A stretch of DNA of 64,000 nucleotides from assembly GCA_000092065.1 (NCBI GenBank), contig CP000596.1. One strand, given 5' to 3'. The stretch is from Ostreococcus lucimarinus. Taxonomy: Eukaryota. Position 1 is the first letter of the stretch. Each line of letters starts with the position of its first letter. The position numbers and the translations under genes are program-made. This document shows positions 19,994-30,393 of the stretch, in pieces. The notes beneath the pieces were generated by a model that ran no database searches, had not been told where the DNA came from, and was given only the letters and a program-made list of their open reading frames with translations.

Positions 19994-21166
19994 ATGCTCG
20001 CCGCGCGCCGCGCGCTCGACGCGCGCGCGCACCGATCGCCGACGACGCATCCGCGTCAGCGTCGCCATCGCGGCGACGCGCGGCGACGAAACGACGCGAT
20101 GACGCGATGCGCGCGCGCGAACGACGCGCGGAGAGACGCGCGACGATGCGCGGTGACGACGGGCGCGACGCGCGCGCCGGCGGGATCGGCGCTGGACGCG
20201 GCGCGGGCGTTCAGTAATCTCGTGCTGGATTCTAAAAAGTTCGCGAGCGAGGCGGAGGCGGAGGCGAACGCGATGGATTTGGGCCCGCGGGCGGGCGTCG
20301 TGAGCTCGTGCGTGCTGCTGTACAGCGTGAAGAGCGGAGGACGCGACGCGGGGGCGGTCGAGGGGGCGATGGCGGCGATACCGGGAGGATTGAACGCGGA
20401 GAACGTCGATTTCGTGGTGGACAAGGCGAAGGCGAATTTGGCGAGCATGTGGTCGACGAAGGTGGACGGTCGGGTGAGCGTGGAGCTCGGATGGTGGTTG
20501 GTGAACGACGCGGACGCGTGCGAGAAGAAGGCGATAGAGATGCTCGCGCTGTGTGATGACCTGAAAACGCCGAGGGATAAGCTGCTGTTTAAGATTCCGG
20601 CGACGTACGCGGGCATCGAGGCGACGCGAAGGCTCGAGGCGCGCGGCGTGGCGTGTCACGTGTCGCACGTGTACTGTCGCGAGCAAGCGAACGCGGCGAT
20701 CGATGCGGGCGCGTCAGTGGTTCAACTGTACTACTCTCGCTTGAACGCGTGGTACAAGTCCAAAAAATCGCTCGACGCGAACGCCGATCCCGGGTACGAG
20801 CTCGCGCGAGACGCCTTGGCGCGCGCCAAAGCCGCCGGCGGAAAGACGAAAATCATGGTGGCCAGTTTAGCGAACGTCGACGCCGTCAAGCGCGTTTTGG
20901 GAGCGGACTACTTGTTAGTGGGCCAACGCATCATCGACGAGCTGGCGAACACGCCCGCGAGTGATCTTGGGGAAACAATCATCTCCGACGCCGCGAGCGT
21001 CGCGGTGGGCGCCCCGGCGCGCCTCGACGAAGCCGCGTACCGCGCGGCGTGCGACGCGTCCCCAGCTTCGGAAGAGCTCGAGATCGCGCTCAAGCGCAAC
21101 GCTGCGAGTGACTCTGAACTGATCGATTACATCAACGAGCACAAAGGCGGCGGCGGGAACGCGTAA
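19994..21166 (+). CDS. Transaldolase-like protein, probably plastid-targeted.
   Basis: GRVSVELGWWLVND and KLLFKIPATYAGIEATRRLEARGVACHVSHVYCREQANAAIDAGASVVQLYYSRL align to the transaldolase core (GRVSTEVDARL / ILIKLSSTWEGIQA...GIHCNLTLLFS). The first ATG is at 19994; the track start at 19874 is a GTG. Confidence 0.75.
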   Translation: MLAARRALDARAHRSPTTHPRQRRHRGDARRRNDAMTRCARANDARRDARRCAVTTGATRAPAGSALDAARAFSNLVLDSKKFASEAEAEANAMDLGPRAGVVSSCVLLYSVKSGGRDAGAVEGAMAAIPGGLNAENVDFVVDKAKANLASMWSTKVDGRVSVELGWWLVNDADACEKKAIEMLALCDDLKTPRDKLLFKIPATYAGIEATRRLEARGVACHVSHVYCREQANAAIDAGASVVQLYYSRLNAWYKSKKSLDANADPGYELARDALARAKAAGGKTKIMVASLANVDAVKRVLGADYLLVGQRIIDELANTPASDLGETIISDAASVAVGAPARLDEAAYRAACDASPASEELEIALKRNAASDSELIDYINEHKGGGGNA

Positions 21167-21329
21167 AATTTTGGCCAGTCGGGCTTCTCGGCGTCCTCGT
21201 CAGCGCGTCGCCCACCGCCGAGCGAGTTCGACTTTCCCGCGATCGATCGTCGACGCCGTTCGACGTCGACGACGCGCGCGCGCGCGATCCACGATCCGCG
21301 TCACGATCTGCGCTTTGTAACGAATAACG

Positions 21330-22346
21330 ATGACTTTACGACGACTTTACGACTGCGTCGTCCCGCCCGCGTCGTCCCGCGCGTTCAAACGAAACCGTTA
21401 CGCTCGGCGCGACTCGGCTCGACCGCACACGATGGCGCGCCTCCGACCGTGCGCCGCGAGCTGGCACCGCGGACACGGCACGAACAGACTCTTATGCGCG
21501 TACGAGTACTCGCCCGAGCGCAAACCGCGCGCCGTCGTCGTGTTTTTGCACGGCATCGGCGAACACGCCACGCGCTACTCGAACCTGTTTAAACGACTCA
21601 CGAGCGCCGGTCTGCGCGTCGTGACGTACGATTGCGTCGGACACGGCGCGTCCGAGGGCTTGCCCGGATACTTCGAACAGTTCGAGGACGTCGTGGAGGA
21701 CGCGCGCGGGTTTTGTGAGATGACGCGGGCGCGGCGAGCGGGACGCGAACCGCTGGTGCTGTGCGGACAGTCGTTCGGGGGACTCGTCGCGGCGACGGTC
21801 GCGGCGAACGACGCTCGAGCGAACGCGCGGTTGATCGATGGTTTAGTGCTCACGGCGGCGAGCATCGACGTGAAGTGGAACGCGGTGCTGAGGGCGCAGG
21901 CGGCGATGGGGGCGCTGTTGGCGAGAGGGGCGCCGCGCGCGCGTTTGGTGCCGGCGGTGCGGTTGGAAGACATGTCGAACGATGCGGCGACTTTAGAGTC
22001 GTACGCCACGGATCCGTACGTGCAGTTAGGACCGGTGCGTTGTCGCACGGCGTATGAGATCCTGCGCGGGTTCAAGGCGCTCAGAGCGAGATACGGAGAG
22101 TTGAGGTGTCCGCTCTTGGCGCTGCACGGCGCCGAGGACGCGTGCGCGGATAAAACCGCGAGCGAGCGCCTCGTGTGCGAGGCATCGAGCGCGGTGAAGC
22201 AATACGTAGAGTTACCGGGGATGCACCACTTGATTCTTCAGGAACCGGGAAGCGGGACGGTGCTGAATCGAATAGTAGAGTTTGTCGACGGCGTCGCCGG
22301 CGCGGCGTCGCCGGCCGCCCGGGACCAACCTCGATCGAGGCTGTGA
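21330..22346 (+). CDS. Alpha/beta-hydrolase of the monoacylglycerol lipase/lysophospholipase-like family (Hydrolase_4).
   Basis: VVVFLHGIGEHATRY...TYDCVGHGASEG and the nucleophile elbow GQSFGG. ATG at 21330. Confidence 0.65.
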   Translation: MTLRRLYDCVVPPASSRAFKRNRYARRDSARPHTMARLRPCAASWHRGHGTNRLLCAYEYSPERKPRAVVVFLHGIGEHATRYSNLFKRLTSAGLRVVTYDCVGHGASEGLPGYFEQFEDVVEDARGFCEMTRARRAGREPLVLCGQSFGGLVAATVAANDARANARLIDGLVLTAASIDVKWNAVLRAQAAMGALLARGAPRARLVPAVRLEDMSNDAATLESYATDPYVQLGPVRCRTAYEILRGFKALRARYGELRCPLLALHGAEDACADKTASERLVCEASSAVKQYVELPGMHHLILQEPGSGTVLNRIVEFVDGVAGAASPAARDQPRSRL

Positions 22347-22577
22347 CGTCGTCTCGCTCCCCGCCGCCGCCTGTACATTACGAAACCTACGACGTCACGC
22401 ATCGTCACCGAGCGAGCGAGCGCCGACGCGCGCCATGCCGCTGTAATATAACGTTTCGCGAAACCGTCCCGAGCCGCCGCGCGCGCGTCGTCGGCCCGTC
22501 ACACCGCCACTCGCGCGTCCCGCTCGCGTCGCGCCTCGCTCGCGCCGCACGTCGCGCGCGATCGCGAGTCGCTCGAA

Positions 22578-23975
22578 ATGCCCGCCGCGAGGCGCGCGCG
22601 CGCGGCGCCCGCGCGCGCGCAGCGAAAACCAACCACCGAGAAAGAATCCACCGCGCGCGACGATGTCGACGCGAAACCCGACGACGACGTCGCGGTGAAG
22701 CGCGAACGGCGCGCGGCGGACGCCGACGCCGTCGCGTCCGACGACGAGTCGACGCGGGCGACGAAACGGACGAAATCGAGCGAGACGGGGACGGGGACGG
22801 TTGGCGGCGGCGGCGACGCGTGCGACGACGATTTCAAGACGCTCGTGCGCATCGATAACAACGCGGGCAGAGTGATCGGTAAGGGTGGCGAAAATGTCAA
22901 GTACATCGAGAACACGTGCGGATGCGTGGTTGAATTTCGCCGCGATGAAGGCGTGGCGGTGGTTCGGCCGAACGTCGTCGGCGCGGGCGGCGCGCGGCGA
23001 ACGAGCGAGGAGAAGCGAGCGAGCACGCAACGCGCCAAGGCGCTGATCGAAGAGGTGGCGAACACGGGACAGATCATGGAGATGTTAACGGCGCACGTGC
23101 CGAGCGATGTCAACGCCGGGATACGGATCGATGTGAGCGTGGTGCCGGAAAGCGTCATTTCGGGGGACGACGAGGAGGAAATCGAAGTGGCGATTCCGTG
23201 CCCGGGGAAAGAGGGTCGCGTGATCGGTCGCGGCGCGGCGACGATTCGAGAGATAAGCGCGAGGAGCGGGGCGAGTTGTCACGTCGTTAAAGGTAGTGGC
23301 GTGTGCACGGCAAAAGGAAAGCGCAAGTGCGTGAGAATCGCGTATCAAATGGTGCACGACACGCTGCAGCTGCAAGTAGATAGATTCGCGGCGCCGAGCG
23401 CGCCGGCTGTGGCGCCACAGATGCAACCACATGCTTTGCCGATACAAGGTTTGCCTCAAGGCGCAGTGTTACTTCCGAATGGCATGGCCATGGTGCCTCT
23501 GGCCGCGATGGGACTCGCGGCGCCGGCGCCGACCGCGGCGCCGGCGACGACTATCGAGGTTCCTTGCGCCGGGAACGAGGGACGAGTCGTCGGTAAGGGT
23601 GGTGAAATGATCAAACATTTACGCGCCGTAACGGCGTGTGGGGTTGATATTAAGAATAACAAATCGCCGCACGCGGTGGTGGCGATTACTGGGCCGCTCG
23701 CGAACGCGCAACTGTGCGCCTCGTACGTGCGCGAAGTCATGGAAATGGGCGACACTCGCGCGACAGGGGGATTAAGCGGAGCGCCTCTACACGCGGCGCC
23801 GGCGAACACACCTCCGTTCATCGTGCCACAGCAGCAACAAGCGTATCAACACGCGCCGGTGACGCCACATTACGCGCCGGCGCCTCACGGAGCCGAGACG
23901 TGGGTACGATACTACGACGCCGAAGGTAAGCCTTACGAGCACAACCCGGTGACGAACGAAACGCGTTGGGTGTGA
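22578..23975 (+). CDS. RNA-binding protein with three KH domains and a C-terminal WW domain.
   Basis: Three I(G/A)xxIGKGG-type KH cores (VIGKGGENVKYIE, VIGRGAATIREIS, VVGKGGEMIKHLR). C-terminal WVRYYDAEGKPYEHNPVTNETRW (W...W with a P). ATG at 22578. Confidence 0.7.
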   Translation: MPAARRARAAPARAQRKPTTEKESTARDDVDAKPDDDVAVKRERRAADADAVASDDESTRATKRTKSSETGTGTVGGGGDACDDDFKTLVRIDNNAGRVIGKGGENVKYIENTCGCVVEFRRDEGVAVVRPNVVGAGGARRTSEEKRASTQRAKALIEEVANTGQIMEMLTAHVPSDVNAGIRIDVSVVPESVISGDDEEEIEVAIPCPGKEGRVIGRGAATIREISARSGASCHVVKGSGVCTAKGKRKCVRIAYQMVHDTLQLQVDRFAAPSAPAVAPQMQPHALPIQGLPQGAVLLPNGMAMVPLAAMGLAAPAPTAAPATTIEVPCAGNEGRVVGKGGEMIKHLRAVTACGVDIKNNKSPHAVVAITGPLANAQLCASYVREVMEMGDTRATGGLSGAPLHAAPANTPPFIVPQQQQAYQHAPVTPHYAPAPHGAETWVRYYDAEGKPYEHNPVTNETRWV

Positions 23976-24006
23976 GGACTTTGCGACGTGAGACGAATGG
24001 ATAACT

Positions 24007-24696
24007 TTAGATTAGCAAATCGTAGTGATTTTCGCCGTTGTAGAGCAGCTTAATAGCCTTTCGCTTACCCTCCTTCGCGAATTCCTCGCCGTACGTCTGA
24101 ATCGACACGAACCCACTGCCCTGCGCGTTCTTCGCCTGACTCGCGTGTATGAACACCTTGATCGGTCGGCGAATCAACCTCGCGATCACTAACAATTCCG
24201 GCTCGCCGCCCCAAAACGACGGGTCCAGGATCCGTCGACAATATTGCTCCAAACCGTACTCGTACGAAATCGCCATCACCGCCTCACTAAAATTTTCCCG
24301 TTTCTCCGACGTCCGGCACAAACTTTCCGCCACGGCCAACCGCAACTGATCCGCCTCGAACTCCTCCTCCCCGCTCGTCATCGTGCGATTCGCGATCGCC
24401 GCTAAACCGAGCGCGAGCGACCGAAACATGCACCGCCCGTCGCCGCGCGTCCGCACGACTTGATAAAACTCCCCCCTTCGCGCCTCCCTCTTCGTCGCTT
24501 TCGTCGCTCTCGCGATCGAGAACACCTCTCGTCGCGCATCGCGCGTCGTCGCGTCTTCGCCGTCGCCGTCGTCGCGCGCGCGCCGTTCGGGCGCCGCGCG
24601 CGCGCGCACCGGTCTCGACGCTTTCGGGTTTTCATCGCGCCGCCGCGGCGCGCCGCGCGCGCGCTCGGCCGCGCGCGCGCGTCGCGGTTCGTCCAT
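24007..24696 (-). CDS. OTU-domain cysteine protease (deubiquitinase-like).
   Basis: Cys box VRTRGDGRCMFRSLALG. His box NGENHYDLLI. ATG at 24694-24696. Confidence 0.7.
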   Translation of the reverse strand: MDEPRRARAAERARGAPRRRDENPKASRPVRARAAPERRARDDGDGEDATTRDARREVFSIARATKATKREARRGEFYQVVRTRGDGRCMFRSLALGLAAIANRTMTSGEEEFEADQLRLAVAESLCRTSEKRENFSEAVMAISYEYGLEQYCRRILDPSFWGGEPELLVIARLIRRPIKVFIHASQAKNAQGSGFVSIQTYGEEFAKEGKRKAIKLLYNGENHYDLLI

Positions 24697-24777
24697 GTCG
24701 CGCGTCGTTCGCCGCGCGCGCGTCGCGCTCGAGGGCGTCGCGGAGTGCGGATCGCGGTTGCAAACTGTCCCGAAGAG

Positions 24778-25663
24778 CTAGCCTAGAGAGATTCTCGCGC
24801 GGCGACCGTCGCAGTGACTGAACGTGCGCTCGACGCAGTACGTCGCGCTGCGCGCCTTGAAACGGGCGCCGCGAAGGGCGCTGGTGACGGTGGCGCACAT
24901 GGCCTGCACGGCGCGCGCGCGCTCTGGGTCCATCTGAAAGCCGTCGGCTCTGGCGAAGAGTCGCGCGAGCGTGCAGTGCACCGTGTCGTTCTGCGCTCGC
25001 GCGGCGCCGACGGCGCTCCGAGCCAATCTCTCGCGAATGGTCTGCACGTTCCCGTGAACGTCGTTGAAACAAAGAATGAGACACCCGCTCGGCGCCAGGC
25101 AGACGCGATCGACCTCGAGCTCGCACTCGCCGCACCCGCGCAGCGCCTCCGCCACGGCGCTCTCCTCGTACGCGACGGCGTCCTCGCGCGCGTTCGGCGC
25201 GTTCGGCGGCAGCGTCGCCGCGCTCGCGAACTCCACCGGCGCGCGCACGTACTCGAACGTCCGACTCAGATGAAACAGCGTCACGTGCAGGCTTCCTCGT
25301 CCCGGCGCGTACGCGTCCATCGTCGTCCCGCACAGCCGCGTCAACTCTCGCGTCGCCCGCTCCGCGGCGCTCACGATCGCCGGCGCGTCCTCCATCGTCA
25401 GTATCACCAATCTCGCGCAATCGCTCGGCATGCCCATCTCCGCGTACGTCTTCGGCCGCGTCCCGACGTCGGCGCGGCGCGCGAAGCGAAACCGCCGCCG
25501 CGCCGTCGTCGTCGTCGCGTCCAGCCCGTGCGTCGCGAACGCGAGCTCGAGCGCCTCGTACGTCCGCGAGACCTCGCGCGTGTGTTTCACGTCGATCGGC
25601 GCGCGCTTTTTCGACGTCGACGCTTCGGCGCGCCTCGTCCGCGCGTCGTCGTCGTCGTAATCG

Positions 25664-25700
<37 letters not shown>

Positions 25701-25800
25701 GCGCGAAGACGCGCGACGCGCACGCGTAATACGCCCCCGCGCCGCACGCCGCGCCCGCGAGCGCGGCGAGCGCGATCGCGCGCGTCCGTCGATCGAACAT
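24778..25800 (-). CDS. Secreted or membrane-anchored protein with 2H-phosphoesterase-like HxT motifs and a poly-Asp tract.
   Basis: N-terminal hydrophobic signal/anchor AIALAALAGAACGAGAYYA. A DDDDDDDDDDDDDYDDDD tract. Two H-x-T-L motifs (SLHVTLFH and TVHCTLARL) about 95 aa apart, as in the LigT/CPDase 2H fold. The track ORF extends upstream to 26784 as R-rich antisense; I re-anchored to the ATG at 25798-25800. Confidence 0.4.
25645..25700. repeat. (GTC/GAC)n trinucleotide tract encoding poly-Asp.
   Basis: cgtcgtcgtcgtcgtaatcgtcgtcatcgtcgtcgtcgtcgtcgtcgtcgtcgtcg is seen directly. Confidence 0.7.
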
Positions 25801-25953
25801 CGCGTCGCGACGTGCCGATCGATCGCATCCGTCACACCGCGCCGTCGCGCATCGCGACGGCGCGCGTCGCGACGACCGCCGACGCGCGCGCCATCTCCGG
25901 CGCGCGAACGTTCCTGCGACGCCGCCGCGATACGCGACGACGCGGCGCGAACG

Positions 25954-26907
25954 ATGGATTCGCGATTCGCGTGCCGACGCGCGCTCGTCCGTCGCGCGCG
26001 CGACGCGTGCGCGCTGACGCTCGCGGCGTGCGCGCTGATCGCGGCGGTGAGCGCGGCGGCGACGCCGACGACGGCACAGGTCTCGATCGGGGCGCGGCGC
26101 GCGCGGACGGGGGCGATCGTCGCGGCGTGCGCGGCGGCGGCGTGCGCGGCGGCGACGCGCGCGCTGGATCGGGTCGGCGCGCGCGCGCGGTTCGTCGGAC
26201 CGGGGTCGCAGGACGCGCGGCGCGATGGGCGCGCGCGCGGGGGGGGGTCGGGCGGCGCGGGAGGGGCGCTGGAGACGCGGGCGTGGAACGGAAGCGCGTG
26301 GGTGGCGCGAGACGCGGCGGCGGCGGCGCCGGTGACGCGATGGATGGGACGCGATCGGAACGCGAGCGACGGCGTCGACGTCGTGCAGGGGACGGGGGCG
26401 TTCGGGTACGGTGGGTATCAGGAGGGGGTGGGGTACGAGGACGCGCGCGCGCGCGCCGAGGCGGAGCGCGCGGAGCGGGAAAAGTGGGCGCGGTGGGAAG
26501 CCGAGGACGAAGAGCGCGAGTCTCGCAAAGCGGAGAAGAAGGCGGAGAAAAAAGCGGAAGATCGGGCGAAGAAGGAAAAATCGCGCGCGAGGCGTTGGCA
26601 AAAGTACGACGAAGCTTGGGCGCGGTTGGACGCCGACTCGGGCGCGTCGTCGGAACCGCTTCGCTACGCCGACGTTCCTTGGCCGCCGAAAATGAAAGAG
26701 CTCCTCGACCGCGAAGCCGGCGGCGCGAGCGCCACCGATCGCGAGCGCAAGCTCGCGTACCACCGCTGCGTGAAGCGGTGGCACCCGGACAAGTTTCTCG
26801 CCAGATTCCGCGCGCGCCTCCGCGCCGACGACGCCGAGCGCGTCGTCGAGCGCGTCGAGGCGGTCGCCAAATCCTTGACCATCGCCTACGCCGCCTCCGC
26901 CTCGTAG
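25954..26907 (+). CDS. J-domain protein with an N-terminal signal/anchor, a Gly-rich region and a charged coiled-coil.
   Basis: C-terminal J-like helix II/III RKLAYHRCVKRWHPDKF (HPD motif). Preceded by LRYADVPWPP and an E/R/K-rich coiled-coil. ATG at 25954, 153 bp from the divergent 2H-like gene. Confidence 0.55.
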   Translation: MDSRFACRRALVRRARDACALTLAACALIAAVSAAATPTTAQVSIGARRARTGAIVAACAAAACAAATRALDRVGARARFVGPGSQDARRDGRARGGGSGGAGGALETRAWNGSAWVARDAAAAAPVTRWMGRDRNASDGVDVVQGTGAFGYGGYQEGVGYEDARARAEAERAEREKWARWEAEDEERESRKAEKKAEKKAEDRAKKEKSRARRWQKYDEAWARLDADSGASSEPLRYADVPWPPKMKELLDREAGGASATDRERKLAYHRCVKRWHPDKFLARFRARLRADDAERVVERVEAVAKSLTIAYAASAS

Positions 26908-27071
26908 TCTCGCCGCTTGTATTTACGTATTTATGTAACCTCCTCTCGCGCCTCTCGCGCGCGTCGCGTCCGGGATTCATCGACACCGCGTCGGTTCGAT
27001 TTCGTCGCGCCGCGTCGCCGTCGCTCGCGCGCGCGCCGACGCCCAACCTCAGAGGGCGCCTCGCGAGCGCC

Positions 27072-28958
27072 ATGCTTCGCCCGCTCGCGCCGCGCCGCGT
27101 CCCGAGCGCGCGCCTCGCTCGCGCGTCGCGCGTCGCGCGTCGCGCGCCGCCCGCGCGCCCGCGCGCCCTCGCGCGCGCGTCGGCGGCGGCGTCCCGAAGA
27201 CTCTTTCGCCGCGACTCGGCGCGCGACGACGGCGCGCGCGACGGCGCGCGACGCCCGATCGCGCGCGACGCGCCCGTCGACGCCGCGCTCGCGCCCGCGG
27301 CGCGCGAGGACGAAAACGACGCGCGCGAGGCGAGGCGCGGGCGCGGGACGAGAAGCGGGACGAGGGACGACGACTCGAGCGACGACTCGAGCGACTCGAG
27401 CGACGACGACGACGCGACGAAGGAGGCGTCGGTGAAAGATTTGATGCGATTCACGCTGCCGACGATGGCGATATGGCTGTGCGATCCGCTGCTGTCGCTG
27501 GTGGACACGTCGGTGGTCGGGCTGAGCAGCGGGACGCTGGAGCTCGCGGCTATCGCGCCGGGGAGCGTGTACGCGGGGTATCCGTTTTATTTGCTGGCGA
27601 CCGGGTTCGCCGTGGCGACGACGTCGATGGTGGGACAGGATCGATTGCTCGCGAGACGCGGTGGGGCGGAGGATGAAGACGAGCGCACGGTGGCGTCGGC
27701 GATCATGACGGCGTCGGGGGTGGCGGCGATTTCGGCGGTTTTGTTAATCGCGGCGCACGAGCCGGCGCTCGCGAGATACGTGGGGAGCGCGAATGTGGCG
27801 CTTTTGCCCTACGCGAGCGCGTACAGCGTGATTAGAATATTGGCACTTCCCGCGGGGATCATCAGCGCGGTGGCGCAGTCCGCGTTTTTAGCCGTTCGCG
27901 ATCCGTGGACGCCGCTCAAGGCGGTGACGCTGACGACGGTGCTCAACCTCGTGCTGGATTTATGGTTCGTCACCGGGTTAGGTTGGGGGATCGCCGGCGC
28001 CGCCTGGGCGACGAGCGCATCACAAGTCATCACCATGGCGCTCCTCATCCGAGCGCTCGTGCGTCGAGGGCCGCAAATAGACAAGGTTAAGGAAATGTTG
28101 CGCGAGGCGAAGGAGCGCGCGAAGACGTCGGCGTTTTCGTCGACGAAGGAATCGCGCGCGGTGCGCAACGTGGGCGCACCAGCGTTGCGTCTACCATTTA
28201 AGAAGCCGAGAAATGATTATCTCGAGCGTTTGAAGTCGATCGCCGGGCCGGTGATGATGGTGGCGCTCATAAAGTGTATCTTTGTTGGTGCCATAGTGCG
28301 ATCCGCGACGGCCATCTCCCCGGAGGCGTCCGCGGCGAACGGCGTGCTCTTGACCGTGTACTTTTTTTTCGCCGTCGTCGGCGAGGGCGTGAGTCAGGCG
28401 GCGCAGGCCTTCTTACCGCCTCAACTCGGTAACTTTGAAAAGGCTTCCAAGCTCGCGTTCAACATCATGCTCGTCGGAGTCGTCATCGGCGGCTTCAACG
28501 CCGCCACGAGCGGTTTAGTGCCGAGCCTGTTCCCGCAAATGTTCACGAAGAGCGCGCCGGTGATCGATCTCATGAATCAAGCCATCCCATTCATGGCCTT
28601 GGCGCTTTTCGCGCACACTGGTAGCATGGCATCCGAAGGTTGTCTCCTCGCCGCGCGCGACGGCGTCTTCATGTCTCTCTCCTACGTCCCCAACGCCGCG
28701 CTGAGCTGCGTCACCCTGTCCATTTTATCCGCCAACGGCTTCGGCGTTCGCGCTTCCTGGATCGCACTCTTCCAGTTCCACTGCGTTCGTTTGGTCATCA
28801 ACGCCGTCCGTTTACGCGCCGCGAACAGCCCTCTGCGAAAGTCGTTATCCGCCGTCGCCGACGCTTCGAAAACCGACCTCGCCGCCGCCGCCGACAATTT
28901 CGCCGGTCTCGAGGGCATCGCCGACGTCGGCCAAACCCCAACCCCGACCACGTCTTAA
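27072..28958 (+). CDS. MATE (multidrug and toxic compound extrusion/DTX) family transporter with a plastid transit-like extension.
   Basis: MRFTLPTMAIWLCDPLLSLVDTSVVG is a typical MATE helix 1. There are 12 predicted TMs. The 120-aa N-terminal R/A/S-rich leader ends in an acidic linker. The first ATG is at 27072, in the same frame as the 1048-aa track ORF. Confidence 0.8.
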   Translation: MLRPLAPRRVPSARLARASRVARRAPPARPRALARASAAASRRLFRRDSARDDGARDGARRPIARDAPVDAALAPAAREDENDAREARRGRGTRSGTRDDDSSDDSSDSSDDDDATKEASVKDLMRFTLPTMAIWLCDPLLSLVDTSVVGLSSGTLELAAIAPGSVYAGYPFYLLATGFAVATTSMVGQDRLLARRGGAEDEDERTVASAIMTASGVAAISAVLLIAAHEPALARYVGSANVALLPYASAYSVIRILALPAGIISAVAQSAFLAVRDPWTPLKAVTLTTVLNLVLDLWFVTGLGWGIAGAAWATSASQVITMALLIRALVRRGPQIDKVKEMLREAKERAKTSAFSSTKESRAVRNVGAPALRLPFKKPRNDYLERLKSIAGPVMMVALIKCIFVGAIVRSATAISPEASAANGVLLTVYFFFAVVGEGVSQAAQAFLPPQLGNFEKASKLAFNIMLVGVVIGGFNAATSGLVPSLFPQMFTKSAPVIDLMNQAIPFMALALFAHTGSMASEGCLLAARDGVFMSLSYVPNAALSCVTLSILSANGFGVRASWIALFQFHCVRLVINAVRLRAANSPLRKSLSAVADASKTDLAAAADNFAGLEGIADVGQTPTPTTS

Positions 28959-29515
28959 TAAACGATGGAACACGTGTATCGTGACCTGTAATACATAACG
29001 TCGTAGACACAGTCGCGCGTCGTCGCGCGCGCCGTCGCGCGCGCCGTCGACCCGCGCCCTCGCCAAAATCCGTGTTTATCACGATACTCACGCACGCGAA
29101 ACCCTTCGCGCGCGGCGCGTCCCGCTCCGTCTTTTCAACGCGCTCGCGAACGAGCGTCGACTCGAGGTGCGACCCCGACGACGCGACCGCGCGATGCGCG
29201 CGCATCACTCTCGTCGCGCGACGCCGCGCCGCTCGATCGACGTCGCGCGCGCGACGGCGACGACGCGACGACGGTCGGCGTTAGGGCTTTGCGACATCGC
29301 GATCGCGTCGAACGCGAACGCGCGTCGCGCCGCGCGCGAGCGTCGAACGACGCGCGAGGGCGTGGAATCGGATGACAAAAACGCTCTCGCGTCGTTCGCG
29401 CGCGCGTGGGGTGGGAAAGGACGCGGGCGTGGGATGGAGGATGGCGATCTGTGATCGACGGACGATGGGACTGACTTTGGGACGCGACTGTCTCGCGCGC
29501 AGAACACAGCGAATA

Positions 29516-29608
29516 ATGTCTGATCGAGGCGGATTCTCCCGCGGTTTCGGCCGCGGTGGTGAACGCGGTCGCGGTGATCGCGGTCGCGGTGATCGCGGAC
29601 GCGGCGAT

Positions 29609-29643
<35 letters not shown>

Positions 29644-30337
29644 CGGCGACGACAAGGATGTGTGGGTGCCGTGCACCAAGCTCGGTCGTCTCGTGCAACA
29701 AGGGAAGATCAAGTCGCTCGAACACATCTTCTTGTTCTCTTTGCCGATCAAGGAGCACCAAATCGTTGAACACTTCATCGGTGGGGAGCTTAAGGATGAA
29801 GTTATGAAGATTTGCCCGGTTCAAAAGCAAACCACGGCGGGTCAGCGCATGCGCTTCAAGGCGTTCGTCGTCGTCGGCGACTGCAACGGTCACATCGGTC
29901 TCGGTGTCAAGGCGTGCAAGGAAGTCGCGCACTCGATCCAAGGTTCTATGATTTTGGCCAAGCTCAACATCGTTCCGGTGCGCCGAGGTTACTGGGGCTC
30001 CAAGCTCGGTGAGCCGCACACCATCCCGACCAAGGTTCACGGCAAGTGCGGTTCCGTGCACGTTCGTCTCATCCCGGCGCCGCGTGGTGCGGGTATCGTC
30101 GCGTCCGGTACCGTTAAGAAGGTGCTCGCCATGGCGGGTCTCCACGACGTGTACACGTGCTCTAGAGGTCACACCCGTACGCTCGGTAACTCCGTGAAGG
30201 CGACGTACGAAGCGCTCAAGAATTCTTACGGCTTCTTGACGCCGGATTTGTGGGCTGAGACTCGTTTCGCGAAGCCGCCGGCGCAGGAATTCACCGATTT
30301 GCTCTCCAAGCCGGACCGCAAGGCTCGCGATTACTAG
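29516..30337 (+). CDS. RPS2: 40S ribosomal protein S2 (uS5).
   Basis: RG-repeat N-terminus [19 protein letters not shown], then [14 protein letters not shown]...[21 protein letters not shown]...[23 protein letters not shown], collinear with eukaryotic uS5. ATG at 29516-29518. Confidence 0.9.
29560..29650. repeat. Imperfect 15-18 bp tandem repeats (ggtcgcggtgatcgc / gacgcggacgcg) encoding the RG/RGD repeats of RPS2.
   Basis: Seen directly. The repeats lie inside the coding sequence. Confidence 0.6.
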
Positions 30338-30393
30338 ACGTCGACGAGTTTTACGTAGCTAGAGTTTATGATACAACAATCTTCGTAAACAAA

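Noticed and set aside
25832-27508. 558-aa minus-strand ORF spanning the J-protein and MATE genes.
   Set aside because: The composition is R/A/P/S low-complexity and it crosses two independently supported plus-strand genes. It is an antisense artifact.
29135-30172. 345-aa ORF on the minus strand, fully overlapping RPS2.
   Set aside because: Arg/Ala/Ser-rich low-complexity translation in the antisense frame of a highly conserved ribosomal protein gene. It is explained by GC3 bias suppressing antisense stops.
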